DNA of 52,828 bases from a virus (lineage: Duplodnaviria > Caudoviricetes). Position numbers and translations under genes: made by a program. This document shows positions 27,864-36,107 of the stretch, in pieces; position 1 is the first letter of the stretch; every line of letters starts with the position of its first letter. Below the pieces are notes generated by a model, which saw only the letters and a list, made by a program, of their open reading frames with translations, was not told the DNA's origin and searched no databases. The stretch covers positions 1 through 52,828 of the IMG/VR virus record IMGVR_UViG_3300046718_001019; one strand, given 5' to 3'.

Positions 27864-27932
27864 CGCCGAGCCGATCGGGGTTGGGTTCTCCTGTTAAGAG
27901 AAAACCCCCAGCCTCATCTTCTTCGTTCGGCG
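27864..27932 (+). ncRNA. Y RNA unit 6 (anticodon-like stem-loop only)
   Basis: Compensatory closing helix CGCCGAGCCGA/TCGTTCGGCG; GGGGTTGGG/CCCAGCCTC stem; TTCTC-CTGTTAA-GAGAA. Confidence 0.72.
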
Positions 27933-27966
27933 TCAGTTTTCCTCGCTGCGAGAGACGAGAGAACCC

Positions 27967-29643
27967 ATGAACTACGCGAAGCATGTTTCGACCGTTGCCA
28001 CGCCGCAGTCCGAGCCGATTCCCGGCACCACGCAAATTCCCAACAGCGCCGGCGGTCACGCCTGGGATGCCGACGTCTGGCAGAAGCTCGACCGTTTCCT
28101 GGTGCTCGGCACCGAAGGCGGCAGCTACTACGCCGGCGAGCGCGAGCTCACCCAGAAGAACGCGGGCAACCTCGAGACGGCGCTGAAGCTCGACGGTCTG
28201 CGCACGGTCGCGCGCATCGCGGAGATCTCCGACGCCGGCCGCGCTCCCAAGAACGACCCCGCCATCTTCGCCCTGGCGATGGCGCTCAAGAAGGGCGACG
28301 AGAAGACGCGCAAGGCTGCGCGCGCTGCAGTTCCCAAGGTCTGCCGCATCGGGACGCACATCTTCCAGCTCGCCGAGGCTGTGAAGCACCTGGGTGGGTG
28401 GGGCCGCAGCACCAAGGGCGCGTTCGCGGACTGGTACCTGAGTCAGCCCTTCGACGCGCTGTCGATGAACGTCGTCAAGTACCAGCAGCGCGGCGGATGG
28501 TCGCACCGCGACCTGCTCCGCAAGTCTCATGCGAAGCCGAAGACGCCTGAGCAGAACCGCCTCTTCCGTTACGCCGCTGGGAAGCCCAACGAGGAGCCTG
28601 TCGGCGGCATCGTCGGGGCATTCGAGGCGGCGAAGAACATCGGCGCGGGCGTGGCCACCATGCCCGGCGCTGCTCCGACGGCGCCGATGGTCGCGGCCAT
28701 GGCTCGGCTCATCTCGGCCGAGGGCCTGCCGCGCGAGTGCGTGCCGACCGAGTTTCTCAACGCGCCCGAGGTCTGGGATGCGCTGCTGCACGCGGGCAAG
28801 TACGGCATGCCGATGACGGCCATGGTCCGCAACCTCGGCAAGATGAGCGCCATCGGCCTGCTCAAGCCGCTGTCCGACGCGACGAAGTACGTCTGCGACA
28901 AGCTGCGCAACCGTGACGCGCTGAAGGCTGCGCGCGTGCACCCGGTGCAGCTGCTGCTCGCCCAGGCGACATACCTCCAGGGTCACGGTGACAAGGGCAA
29001 GCTGAGTTGGACCGTCTCGGAGGAGATCGGCGCCGCTCTGGCCGACGCCTTCTCCCTGGCGTTCGACTTCGTGGAGCCCACCGGCAAGCGTCACCTGTTG
29101 GGGCTCGACGTCTCGGCCTCGATGGACGGCTCGACCGTGGCTGGGACCCCGCTCACCTGCCGCGCTGCGTCTGCGGCAATGGCGATGGTGACAGCGCGGA
29201 CTGAACAGCGCTGCCACGCGGTCGGATTCACGTCTGCCGGCAGCAGGGTCTACGGCGGGATGTGGGGAGGCAACAGCACCGAGCTGACGCCCATCCCCCA
29301 GCTGAACGCCAAGGCGGAGTTGCTGTCGGTCATCAACCACGTGCGGAACATGCGCATGGGTGGGACGGACTGCGCGCTGCCGATGATCTACGCCGAGAAG
29401 AACAAGCTCGAGGTCGACGCGTTCGTCATCTACACGGACAACGAGACCTGGGCGGGTAGCATCCACCCGTCGCAGGCGCTCAAGTCCTACCGGCAGCGCA
29501 TGGGCATCGACGCGAAGCTCGTGGTCGTCGGCATGGTGGCAAACGACTTCACCATCGCGGACCCGAAGGACGCGGGCATGCTCGACGTCGTCGGTTTCGA
29601 CACGGCCGTCCCGACGGTGATGTCGAACTTCATCCGGGGCTGA
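27967..29643 (+). CDS. rsr: Ro60 / TROVE-domain RNA-binding protein
   Basis: NSAGG, LDRFLVLGTEGGSYY, GRAPKNDPAIFALA, GGWGRS, KYQQRGGWSHRDLLR, RNLGKM; vWA MIDAS DVSASM, GGTDC, YTDNETW, DVVGFD. Confidence 0.97.
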   Translation: MNYAKHVSTVATPQSEPIPGTTQIPNSAGGHAWDADVWQKLDRFLVLGTEGGSYYAGERELTQKNAGNLETALKLDGLRTVARIAEISDAGRAPKNDPAIFALAMALKKGDEKTRKAARAAVPKVCRIGTHIFQLAEAVKHLGGWGRSTKGAFADWYLSQPFDALSMNVVKYQQRGGWSHRDLLRKSHAKPKTPEQNRLFRYAAGKPNEEPVGGIVGAFEAAKNIGAGVATMPGAAPTAPMVAAMARLISAEGLPRECVPTEFLNAPEVWDALLHAGKYGMPMTAMVRNLGKMSAIGLLKPLSDATKYVCDKLRNRDALKAARVHPVQLLLAQATYLQGHGDKGKLSWTVSEEIGAALADAFSLAFDFVEPTGKRHLLGLDVSASMDGSTVAGTPLTCRAASAAMAMVTARTEQRCHAVGFTSAGSRVYGGMWGGNSTELTPIPQLNAKAELLSVINHVRNMRMGGTDCALPMIYAEKNKLEVDAFVIYTDNETWAGSIHPSQALKSYRQRMGIDAKLVVVGMVANDFTIADPKDAGMLDVVGFDTAVPTVMSNFIRG

Positions 29644-29646
29644 CGC

Positions 29647-29880
29647 GTGGGAACCCACGTGCAGCCGTACCCCATCGCGCTCAACGGCAGCGCGGGCATC
29701 GACGGAGCAGTCCTCTCTCCGCTCCCTGCCCGCGCTGCCATCGCAGAGTGGTGTCGCAAGAAGGGCTGGGGCTGGTTCCACCTCTTCAAGCGCTGCGACG
29801 GCCCGTTCCGCTCCGCGCTGTGGGAGGCCCGGTGGCCGCTGATGGGCAAGCGCTTCCGGTTCACCACCCAGCCAGCATGA
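29647..29880 (+). CDS. Small basic, Trp-rich hypothetical protein
   Basis: Starts 3 nt after the Ro60 stop; ATGA overlap with the next ORF. Confidence 0.45.
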   Translation: MGTHVQPYPIALNGSAGIDGAVLSPLPARAAIAEWCRKKGWGWFHLFKRCDGPFRSALWEARWPLMGKRFRFTTQPA

Positions 29881-30797
29881 AAGACCTCGTCCTGTCGTGC
29901 GCGCCCGGCTCGGTCGTCATACGGGCGTCGCGCCATCCGATCTCGCCTGATGCGATCCTGATTTTTCAGGAAGGGAAGCCGCTCAGGATCTCGAGGCTCA
30001 TTGCCCACGGCTGTCTTGAGGCTGTCGTGGACGCCGTGAACAACGTGTTCATCAGCTGCCTACCAATGAGCAGCGAGGCGCCGAACCGAGTGGACGTTCA
30101 CCCGCACCTGTTCGAGCGGCTGTGCGACGAGGCGAACGACCTGCAGGTCAAGAGGTGGTGCCCGCGTTGCGGTGGGACCAAAGAGGACCCAGAGCACAGC
30201 GGCCCATGCGGGGAGTGCTTCGAACGACCTGCACCGCCGTCCATGCCCCGCGAGCTTCGCGAGGCCTACGGCCGCGACGCGATGCTCGTGCAGCTCGACT
30301 GGCTGCGCAGCGTCGGCGATGCGAAGGGCGAGGCCGAGGCGATGCGGCGCTTGGCGCTGTGGAACCGGCCCCAGGAGGAGTGGGAGCTCGACCGGCCAGT
30401 CCTGCTGCGCGGCGCGTACCGCACGCCCGGCGAAGCCGACATCGAGCTGAGCTGGCGCGTCTACTACGCCGGCCGACGCCTGGGTGAATCGCTCACCAAT
30501 CACCATCAGGACATCATCGATAGCGCGCTTCGGATGCTGGGCGATTCGCCACTGCGCGCCGCCGAGGTGAACCAGCTTCGCTTTCGGGCCGCGATCGAAC
30601 TTCGGCTGATCGAGGAACTATTCCGCACGCCAACGCAGATCGCCGCGCGCATGGGAACATGGATGATGCACCCTCGACGCTCTGTCCTCACGGCGCAGGC
30701 GGCGGCCGAACGCGAGGCCATCATCCGAAGAGCCGAGCAGCTCCGCGTCCCGTGGGACCATCGGATCGGCTTCACATTCCTGGGTGGTCCGCGCTAG
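29877..30797 (+). CDS. Hypothetical protein with internal CxxC...CxxC Zn ribbon
   Basis: ATGA coupling; WCPRCGG...PCGEC. Confidence 0.6.
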   Translation: MKDLVLSCAPGSVVIRASRHPISPDAILIFQEGKPLRISRLIAHGCLEAVVDAVNNVFISCLPMSSEAPNRVDVHPHLFERLCDEANDLQVKRWCPRCGGTKEDPEHSGPCGECFERPAPPSMPRELREAYGRDAMLVQLDWLRSVGDAKGEAEAMRRLALWNRPQEEWELDRPVLLRGAYRTPGEADIELSWRVYYAGRRLGESLTNHHQDIIDSALRMLGDSPLRAAEVNQLRFRAAIELRLIEELFRTPTQIAARMGTWMMHPRRSVLTAQAAAEREAIIRRAEQLRVPWDHRIGFTFLGGPR

Positions 30798-30816
30798 GGT
30801 AGACACTGCATCAGCG

Positions 30817-30859
30817 GTAGGCCCTGCGGGTACGGGCTCCCCTTCTTCTCACGGAGCCC
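30817..30859 (+). promoter_or_regulatory. Shared leader element, copy 2 (scaffold)
   Basis: GTAGGCCCTGCGGGTACGGGCTCCCC; GGGCTCC (30834-30840) is complementary to the GGAGCCC RBS (30853-30859). Confidence 0.6.
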
Positions 30860-30867
30860 CAAGACCG

Positions 30868-31833
30868 ATGCCTGCACCGATTGCGACTGCCGTCGCTGCC
30901 GTCCCTCCCGCCGCCCCTGCCTCGCCCGCCGCCTCCGCTGCACCAACCAACGGTGCCGCGAAGCCGGCCGCTGCAGCGCCGGAGACGTTCCTCGAGCTGA
31001 AGGTCAACGGGCAGGTGAAGAAGTACACACGCGCCGAGGCGGAGCGGCTCGTGTCCAAAGCCGGCGCCGCAGACGAGGTGTTTCAGAAGAGCAAGGAAGC
31101 CCTCCGCGTGGCGAACGAGGAGCGCGCGCGCGCAACCCAGTCAGCGGCAGATCGCAAGCGGTACGCGAAGGAGCGCACGGAGGATTTTCTCCGGGAGCAC
31201 GACATCGACCCGGACGAGTTCGCGCGGCTGCGTCTCGAGAAGAAGGTCGAGGACGGGAAGCTCACGCCGGACCAGAAGCGCGCGCTGCAGGCAGAGCAAG
31301 AGGCCCAGCGCCTCAAGGACGAGTTGGCCAAGCGCGATCAGGACCGCGAGGCCGAGACCGTCAAGGCGCGCACCACACAGCTCCAGCGCCACATCGAGAC
31401 CACCCTGGCGTCTGCGGCGAAGCGCGCCGGCATCGAACCCGGCGACACCAGCTTCGTGGCCATCTACGAGGCGCTGAAGGAAGCGCACGACCTCGGCCTG
31501 TTGCCCGAGAACGGCATGCTGGAGCCCCACCAGGCGGACGTCATCGTCGACGAGGCGAAGGGCCGCATCGACTCCCAGATGAGCAAGCTCGAGCAGGCCG
31601 TGCTCGGCGGGCTCACCGGAGAGGGGTTGCTCAAGCGCGTCGGCGACAAGGTCGCGCTCGCCGTCTCGCAGGCGATGGTCGCGCGTGTTCGCGGGAGCGG
31701 CTCACACGCGGCGCCGTCGCAGACGCTCGTGCCTGCCCCGCCGCCTCCCCAGGAGCCCGTGAAGCGCGGCGGGTACAAGACGGAGGCGGAGATCGACGCT
31801 GAACTCCGCAGGATGGCGGCGGTGGGCCGGTGA
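30868..31833 (+). CDS. Putative capsid scaffolding protein
   Basis: P/A-rich N-terminus, LKVNGQVKKYTRAE...ADEVFQK, coiled coil, short C-terminal helix. Confidence 0.7.
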   Translation: MPAPIATAVAAVPPAAPASPAASAAPTNGAAKPAAAAPETFLELKVNGQVKKYTRAEAERLVSKAGAADEVFQKSKEALRVANEERARATQSAADRKRYAKERTEDFLREHDIDPDEFARLRLEKKVEDGKLTPDQKRALQAEQEAQRLKDELAKRDQDREAETVKARTTQLQRHIETTLASAAKRAGIEPGDTSFVAIYEALKEAHDLGLLPENGMLEPHQADVIVDEAKGRIDSQMSKLEQAVLGGLTGEGLLKRVGDKVALAVSQAMVARVRGSGSHAAPSQTLVPAPPPPQEPVKRGGYKTEAEIDAELRRMAAVGR

Positions 31834-32174
31834 GCGCGGCGGAGAAGAAGGCTGACCCAGCGAAGGCCGAGAAGCCGAAGGCGAAGACGAAGCTCTCCGA
31901 CAGCGTGCTCGCCGGCGGGATGAAGTTCGCCGGCATGGCGAGGACCACCAACGGCTTCTGCGTCGCCGAGGTGGAGATCGGCGCCGACGGGAAGCTCGTG
32001 TCCCTGACGCTGGACGCGAGCGAGCGCTACCCTCAGTTCGTCGCCGCGCGCGCGAAGCAGCGCCAGCTCAAGCTCGCCCTCGAGGTGCAGCGCAACGCCG
32101 GCAACCCGAAGTCCGCGCTGGGCGTGCAGAAGCTCAACACCCAGGAGGGGAAGCGCAACTGGGGTGCGTTCTGA
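31830..32174 (+). CDS. Hypothetical protein
   Basis: GTGA coupling. Confidence 0.6.
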   Translation: MSAAEKKADPAKAEKPKAKTKLSDSVLAGGMKFAGMARTTNGFCVAEVEIGADGKLVSLTLDASERYPQFVAARAKQRQLKLALEVQRNAGNPKSALGVQKLNTQEGKRNWGAF

Positions 32175-32386
32175 TGGGTGCCGTAGCGATGATTACCGGC
32201 GCTGCCGTCATCATCTCGGCGCTCGTCCATCACGCGTTTCACTCGTACCTCGGACTGCGCGAGCGGGAGCGGCTCTCAACCACCGCCGAGAAGCGCATCG
32301 AGGCCGACCTCGACGAGCGGTTCCGCGCCATGGAGAAGTGGCAGAACGACGTCAAGAACACCCTGGCGAACCTCCCGCGGCGCTGA
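32174..32386 (+). CDS. Small membrane protein
   Basis: TGATG coupling; N-terminal hydrophobic helix. Confidence 0.55.
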   Translation: MGAVAMITGAAVIISALVHHAFHSYLGLRERERLSTTAEKRIEADLDERFRAMEKWQNDVKNTLANLPRR

Positions 32387-32387
32387 C

Positions 32388-32753
32388 ATGGCGAAGAACA
32401 AGACCAGCTTCGGGAGAGGCAAATCCGGCAATCCCGGTGGCCGACCGAGAAAGCGCAAGGAACTGGTCCAGCGCTGCCGCGACATCGTCGACGAGGACGG
32501 CGTCGACGCGCTGCACGACGAGGTGCGGGAGCGCGGCGAACGATGGGTCGAGTGCATGAAGCTGCTCCTCGCCTACGGCTACGGTCGACCCACCGAGCAC
32601 ATCGAGGCGACCGTGACGCATGAGGAAGCCGCGCCGAAACTGACGCTCGACGAGCTGCGCGAGGTGGCGCGCATGGGCATCCAGCAGCGCCTCGCGGCCG
32701 AGCACCAGGCCGACGATGACGACGACGACGAGCCCAGCTCCGCCCCGCATTGA
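32388..32753 (+). CDS. terS: Terminase small subunit (DUF5681-type N-terminus)
   Basis: FGRGKSGNPGGRPRK, LLAYGYGRP; directly upstream of TerL. Confidence 0.75.
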   Translation: MAKNKTSFGRGKSGNPGGRPRKRKELVQRCRDIVDEDGVDALHDEVRERGERWVECMKLLLAYGYGRPTEHIEATVTHEEAAPKLTLDELREVARMGIQQRLAAEHQADDDDDDEPSSAPH

Positions 32754-34308
32754 TGACGCGTCACTGAAGCGCGCCACCGATGCGCTCTGGCGAGCAGGCG
32801 ACCTCACCTACAAGCTCGACGAGGGGCGCCCCTCCGGCCCACAGCGGCGCTTCTACAACAAGAGTCGGAAGTGCAACTCCAAGACGTTCGTCACCGAGGA
32901 CGCGCGCCGCCTCGGCAAGACGTACGGACACGCCATCATCGGCTTCGAGCTCGCGCTCAAGAATCCCGGCCGCCGCATCAACTGGTGCCAGGACACCGCG
33001 AAGGGCGTGCGCGACATGGCGGTGCCCCTGTTCGAGAAAATAGCCAAGGACGCGCCGCCCGACTGCAAGCCGGAGTGGAAGGACAACCGCAGCGTCATGG
33101 CGTTCCCCAACGGCGCCTACATCTTCGTCTTCGGCGGCGATACCCAGGCGGACGCCGACAACGCGCGCGGTGGTGATGACCCCATCGCCAGCTTCGTCGA
33201 CGAGGGCGGCTTCATCGCGCTGCTCAAGTACATCTACCGCAGCATCTTGAAGCCGGCGCACCGACGCGTGAAGCGCAGGGGCCACTTCGGGATGATTTTC
33301 ATCGTCTCGTCCACGCCGGAGGACCTCGATCACTACTTCATCGAGTTGGCCGGCATCAACGAGGTGAAGGGCAGCTACATCCGCGAGGACATCTACGCGT
33401 CGGCGGACCCAGAGGCCTATATCGCGGAGGAAGCGCAGGACCTGGCACTCACCGTCGAGCAGTTCATGCGGACGGACGAGTTCAAGCGCGAGTTTCTCTG
33501 TCTCCGCGTCATCCGCAGCGACGTCGTCGTCTTCCCCGAGTTCACCGAGGCGAAGGACCGCAGCGAGCGCTCACTGGTTCAGGACTGGCCGCGGCCGCTG
33601 GGCTTTGAGCAGTACATCTACAAGCGAACAGGAGTGGACCCCGGCGGCATGAGAGACCCGACGGGCATCCTCTCTGGCTACGTCGACTTCACCAACGCGC
33701 GCATCGTCATCGAGGGCGAACGGCTCATGCCGCGGCCGAACACGAAAGACATCGCCGACGCCATCGTCGAGCTCGAGACGGAGCTCTGGGGGCCGCCGCC
33801 AGAGCCAACGCAGCCCGGGGAGACGCCACCGGACAGAGACCGCGTCTCGCGCCGGGTCGACGACGCCACCGGCCGCGTCACCCTGGACCTCTGGGAGATT
33901 CACAAACTCCGCTGCGAGCCGGCGGTGAAGAACGACCGCAACGCCAGCATCGGCCTCATCCGCACCTACCTGCTCAACGGAACGCTCGTCGTCCACCCGC
34001 GGTGCGTTCAACTCCTGCATCAACTGCAGTATGCGAAGAACAACGCCACGCGCACCGACTTCCTCCGCAACGACAAGGGGCACTGCGACCTCGCCGCGGC
34101 GCTGATGTACTTCGTGCGCGACTTGAACCTCATCACCAATCCCTATCCGGCGGACTTCGACCAGCTCACCGGCCGCGCGATGCCCGACAATCACGTCATC
34201 ATGATTCGCCGGGAGGAGATGGGCGTCGGTCGCGATAAACAGGGTCTCGCCGCCGCGCTGCTCAGTGGGAACAGGTTCGTCCAGGGGCAGTTGAAGCGCC
34301 ACCGCTGA
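32716..34308 (+). CDS. terL: Terminase large subunit
   Basis: Walker A RRLGKT, Walker B FVDEGGF, coupling motif SSTP, nuclease GVDPGGMRD, HCDLAAALMY. Confidence 0.92.
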   Translation: MTTTTSPAPPRIDDASLKRATDALWRAGDLTYKLDEGRPSGPQRRFYNKSRKCNSKTFVTEDARRLGKTYGHAIIGFELALKNPGRRINWCQDTAKGVRDMAVPLFEKIAKDAPPDCKPEWKDNRSVMAFPNGAYIFVFGGDTQADADNARGGDDPIASFVDEGGFIALLKYIYRSILKPAHRRVKRRGHFGMIFIVSSTPEDLDHYFIELAGINEVKGSYIREDIYASADPEAYIAEEAQDLALTVEQFMRTDEFKREFLCLRVIRSDVVVFPEFTEAKDRSERSLVQDWPRPLGFEQYIYKRTGVDPGGMRDPTGILSGYVDFTNARIVIEGERLMPRPNTKDIADAIVELETELWGPPPEPTQPGETPPDRDRVSRRVDDATGRVTLDLWEIHKLRCEPAVKNDRNASIGLIRTYLLNGTLVVHPRCVQLLHQLQYAKNNATRTDFLRNDKGHCDLAAALMYFVRDLNLITNPYPADFDQLTGRAMPDNHVIMIRREEMGVGRDKQGLAAALLSGNRFVQGQLKRHR

Positions 34309-34320
34309 CGCTGGTACGGT
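34291..34320 (+). promoter_or_regulatory. Putative promoter of the lysis cassette
   Basis: TTGAAG-N18-TACGGT; same -10 as two Y-RNA promoters. Confidence 0.5.
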
Positions 34321-34410
34321 GAAGGCACCGACGTTGCGAGACGGGCACCTACCTCGAAAGAGCCGGTGCGCTACCGAGCGCGAACGGACACCCGCCGTGA
34401 CGGAGCTTTC

Positions 34411-34650
34411 GTGTCTGACGCCGCGCCTCTCGAGTTGCTGCCCTTCAATGATCCGCCCTCCATCGAGACATCGGTCCAGGAGCACCTGAACGTGGTGCAC
34501 GAGATGCGTGAGATGCGCGAATCGCAGCGCATCTTGAACGAGAACCACCAGCGGCTCGCGGACGCCATCACCGTCGACCGGCTGTCGCTGGGCCGCATCG
34601 AGAAGCTGCTCTCCCGCGTCGCCCAACACCTGGGGGTCCGACATGGCTGA
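34411..34650 (+). CDS. Small coiled-coil protein
   Basis: GGAG RBS, GTG start. Confidence 0.55.
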   Translation: MSDAAPLELLPFNDPPSIETSVQEHLNVVHEMREMRESQRILNENHQRLADAITVDRLSLGRIEKLLSRVAQHLGVRHG

Positions 34651-35113
34651 AGAACTGCCGCTGCCGCCACTGCCGAAGGCCGGACCGAAACCGCCGCGCC
34701 CCGCCGACGGCGACACGAACCCCGGCGTCGCGTCGACCGAGTACGTGAAGCGGAAGCTGCGCAACGCGAACCTGCTCACCCGCCTGGTCGGCGCCGCGGT
34801 GGCCGCGGCCGTCACCGCGGGTCTCGGCTTTTTCTTCAGCGCCCGCCACGAAGAGGTGAAGACGCAAGCGGCCCAGGTCGACGCCACGAGCCTCGAGCGG
34901 ATGGTGAAGGTTGAGCAGCGGCTCGCAGACCACATCGACGCGGAGAACCAGCGCCACGCCGAGCTGCTCGACCGGCTCAATCACGGCGAGCGCATGCAGG
35001 CCACCATCGACGCGAAGCTCGACCTCGAGCTCGACCAGCACCACGTGCCGAAAGGCCGTCGCCCCTCGCCCGGTGACTTCGAGCCCGCGGGTCCGCCAGG
35101 AGAACGCCCTTGA
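34643..35113 (+). CDS. Single-TM protein, possible holin/antiholin
   Basis: LVGAAVAAAVTAGLGFFF plus coiled coil; directly upstream of the endolysin. Confidence 0.55.
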   Translation: MAEELPLPPLPKAGPKPPRPADGDTNPGVASTEYVKRKLRNANLLTRLVGAAVAAAVTAGLGFFFSARHEEVKTQAAQVDATSLERMVKVEQRLADHIDAENQRHAELLDRLNHGERMQATIDAKLDLELDQHHVPKGRRPSPGDFEPAGPPGERP

Positions 35114-35613
35114 GCGCGCTGCTGTTGTCCCGCGTCGACACCGCGCTGGCCTATCCGCTCTTCATGCAGCGCTTCGAGGCGATGCTCGACGACGCGATGC
35201 TGCAGGGCCGCGCCTACTGGTGCGTCGAGCTCTACCGCTCCTACGCGCGCTCCGACACCCTCTTCGCCCAGGGCCGTACCGCGCCGGGCCCCATCGTCAC
35301 CAACGCCCGCGGCGGTCAGTCAGCGCACAACTTCGGCATCGCCGGCGACCTGGTGCTCGACGGCTACCTCGACCGCGCCGGACTGCAGCCCGATTACCGG
35401 CCGGCCTCCTACGACTTGCTCGGCGTGCTCGCGACGAAGCATGGCCTCGTCTGGGGCGGCAGCTGGCACTTCAAGGACCTCCCGCACGTCCAGGTCCCCG
35501 GCTTCATCACCGCCGACGACATGGCCCCGCTCCGCCGAGCCTTCGACGCCGGCGGGCTCCAGGCCGTCTGGGCGTACCTCGATCAGCACCTCACCTTCCC
35601 CGTCGCCGCTTGA
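35110..35613 (+). CDS. Endolysin, peptidase M15 (L-Ala-D-Glu peptidase-like)
   Basis: QGRTAPGPIVTNARGGQSAHNFGIAGD...WGGSWHFKDLPHVQ, Zn ligands H/D/H. Confidence 0.92.
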   Translation: MSALLLSRVDTALAYPLFMQRFEAMLDDAMLQGRAYWCVELYRSYARSDTLFAQGRTAPGPIVTNARGGQSAHNFGIAGDLVLDGYLDRAGLQPDYRPASYDLLGVLATKHGLVWGGSWHFKDLPHVQVPGFITADDMAPLRRAFDAGGLQAVWAYLDQHLTFPVAA

Positions 35614-35624
35614 AGGAGCACCAC

Positions 35625-36107
35625 ATGCGCCTGCCCACCATCTCGTTCTACGAAACCCCGCCCAACCTCGCCGACAAGGTCTTCTGGTTCGCCTGGCGCG
35701 TCTTCATGGGCCTGTCCCTCCTCGCCATCGTGCTGATGGCCGGCCTCGCCGGCGCCCAGTCGCCCGGGGTTCAGGGGGTGCCGCAGCCGGCCTGGCTCAC
35801 CCTCGTGCTCGGGCTCGCGCCGTGGCTCATCGGCGCGGCCGTCGCGTTCCACCCGCTGCTGAAGCTCGGCGGACTGTTCCACGCACTGGCGAAGAAGCAC
35901 ACCGGCCTCGCGGCGGCGGCGCTCGAGGACCTGGGCATCGTTGCTGACGACGTCGACGCCTACGTCACCAAGAACGGCGGCTCGCTCAAGGACCTCACCG
36001 ACCCGGCCAAGCGCGCCGCGGCCGAGGAGGCGCTCGTTGCCGACGCCAAGGTCGAGGCGAAGCAGGCCGTCGACGACGCTCTCGCGAGGGCGCTTCCTCA
36101 TGGCTGA
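35625..36107 (+). CDS. Two-TM membrane protein, holin candidate
   Basis: AAGGAG RBS; two hydrophobic segments; follows the endolysin. Confidence 0.6.
   Translation: MRLPTISFYETPPNLADKVFWFAWRVFMGLSLLAIVLMAGLAGAQSPGVQGVPQPAWLTLVLGLAPWLIGAAVAFHPLLKLGGLFHALAKKHTGLAAAALEDLGIVADDVDAYVTKNGGSLKDLTDPAKRAAAEEALVADAKVEAKQAVDDALARALPHG

Noticed and set aside
27222-27932. CRISPR array (repeated motifs with constant 27-28 nt gaps)
   Set aside because: The conserved parts are two complementary halves enclosing variable structured interiors, the gaps contain -10 boxes, and there is no cas operon.
27406-29781. 791-aa minus-strand ORF (also 6678-8069, 50882-52432 and similar)
   Set aside because: Antisense shadows of real GC-rich genes; no motifs.
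34335-34380. c-di-GMP-I riboswitch (GAAA tetraloop stem)
   Set aside because: Lacks the GCAAA elements and tetraloop receptor.
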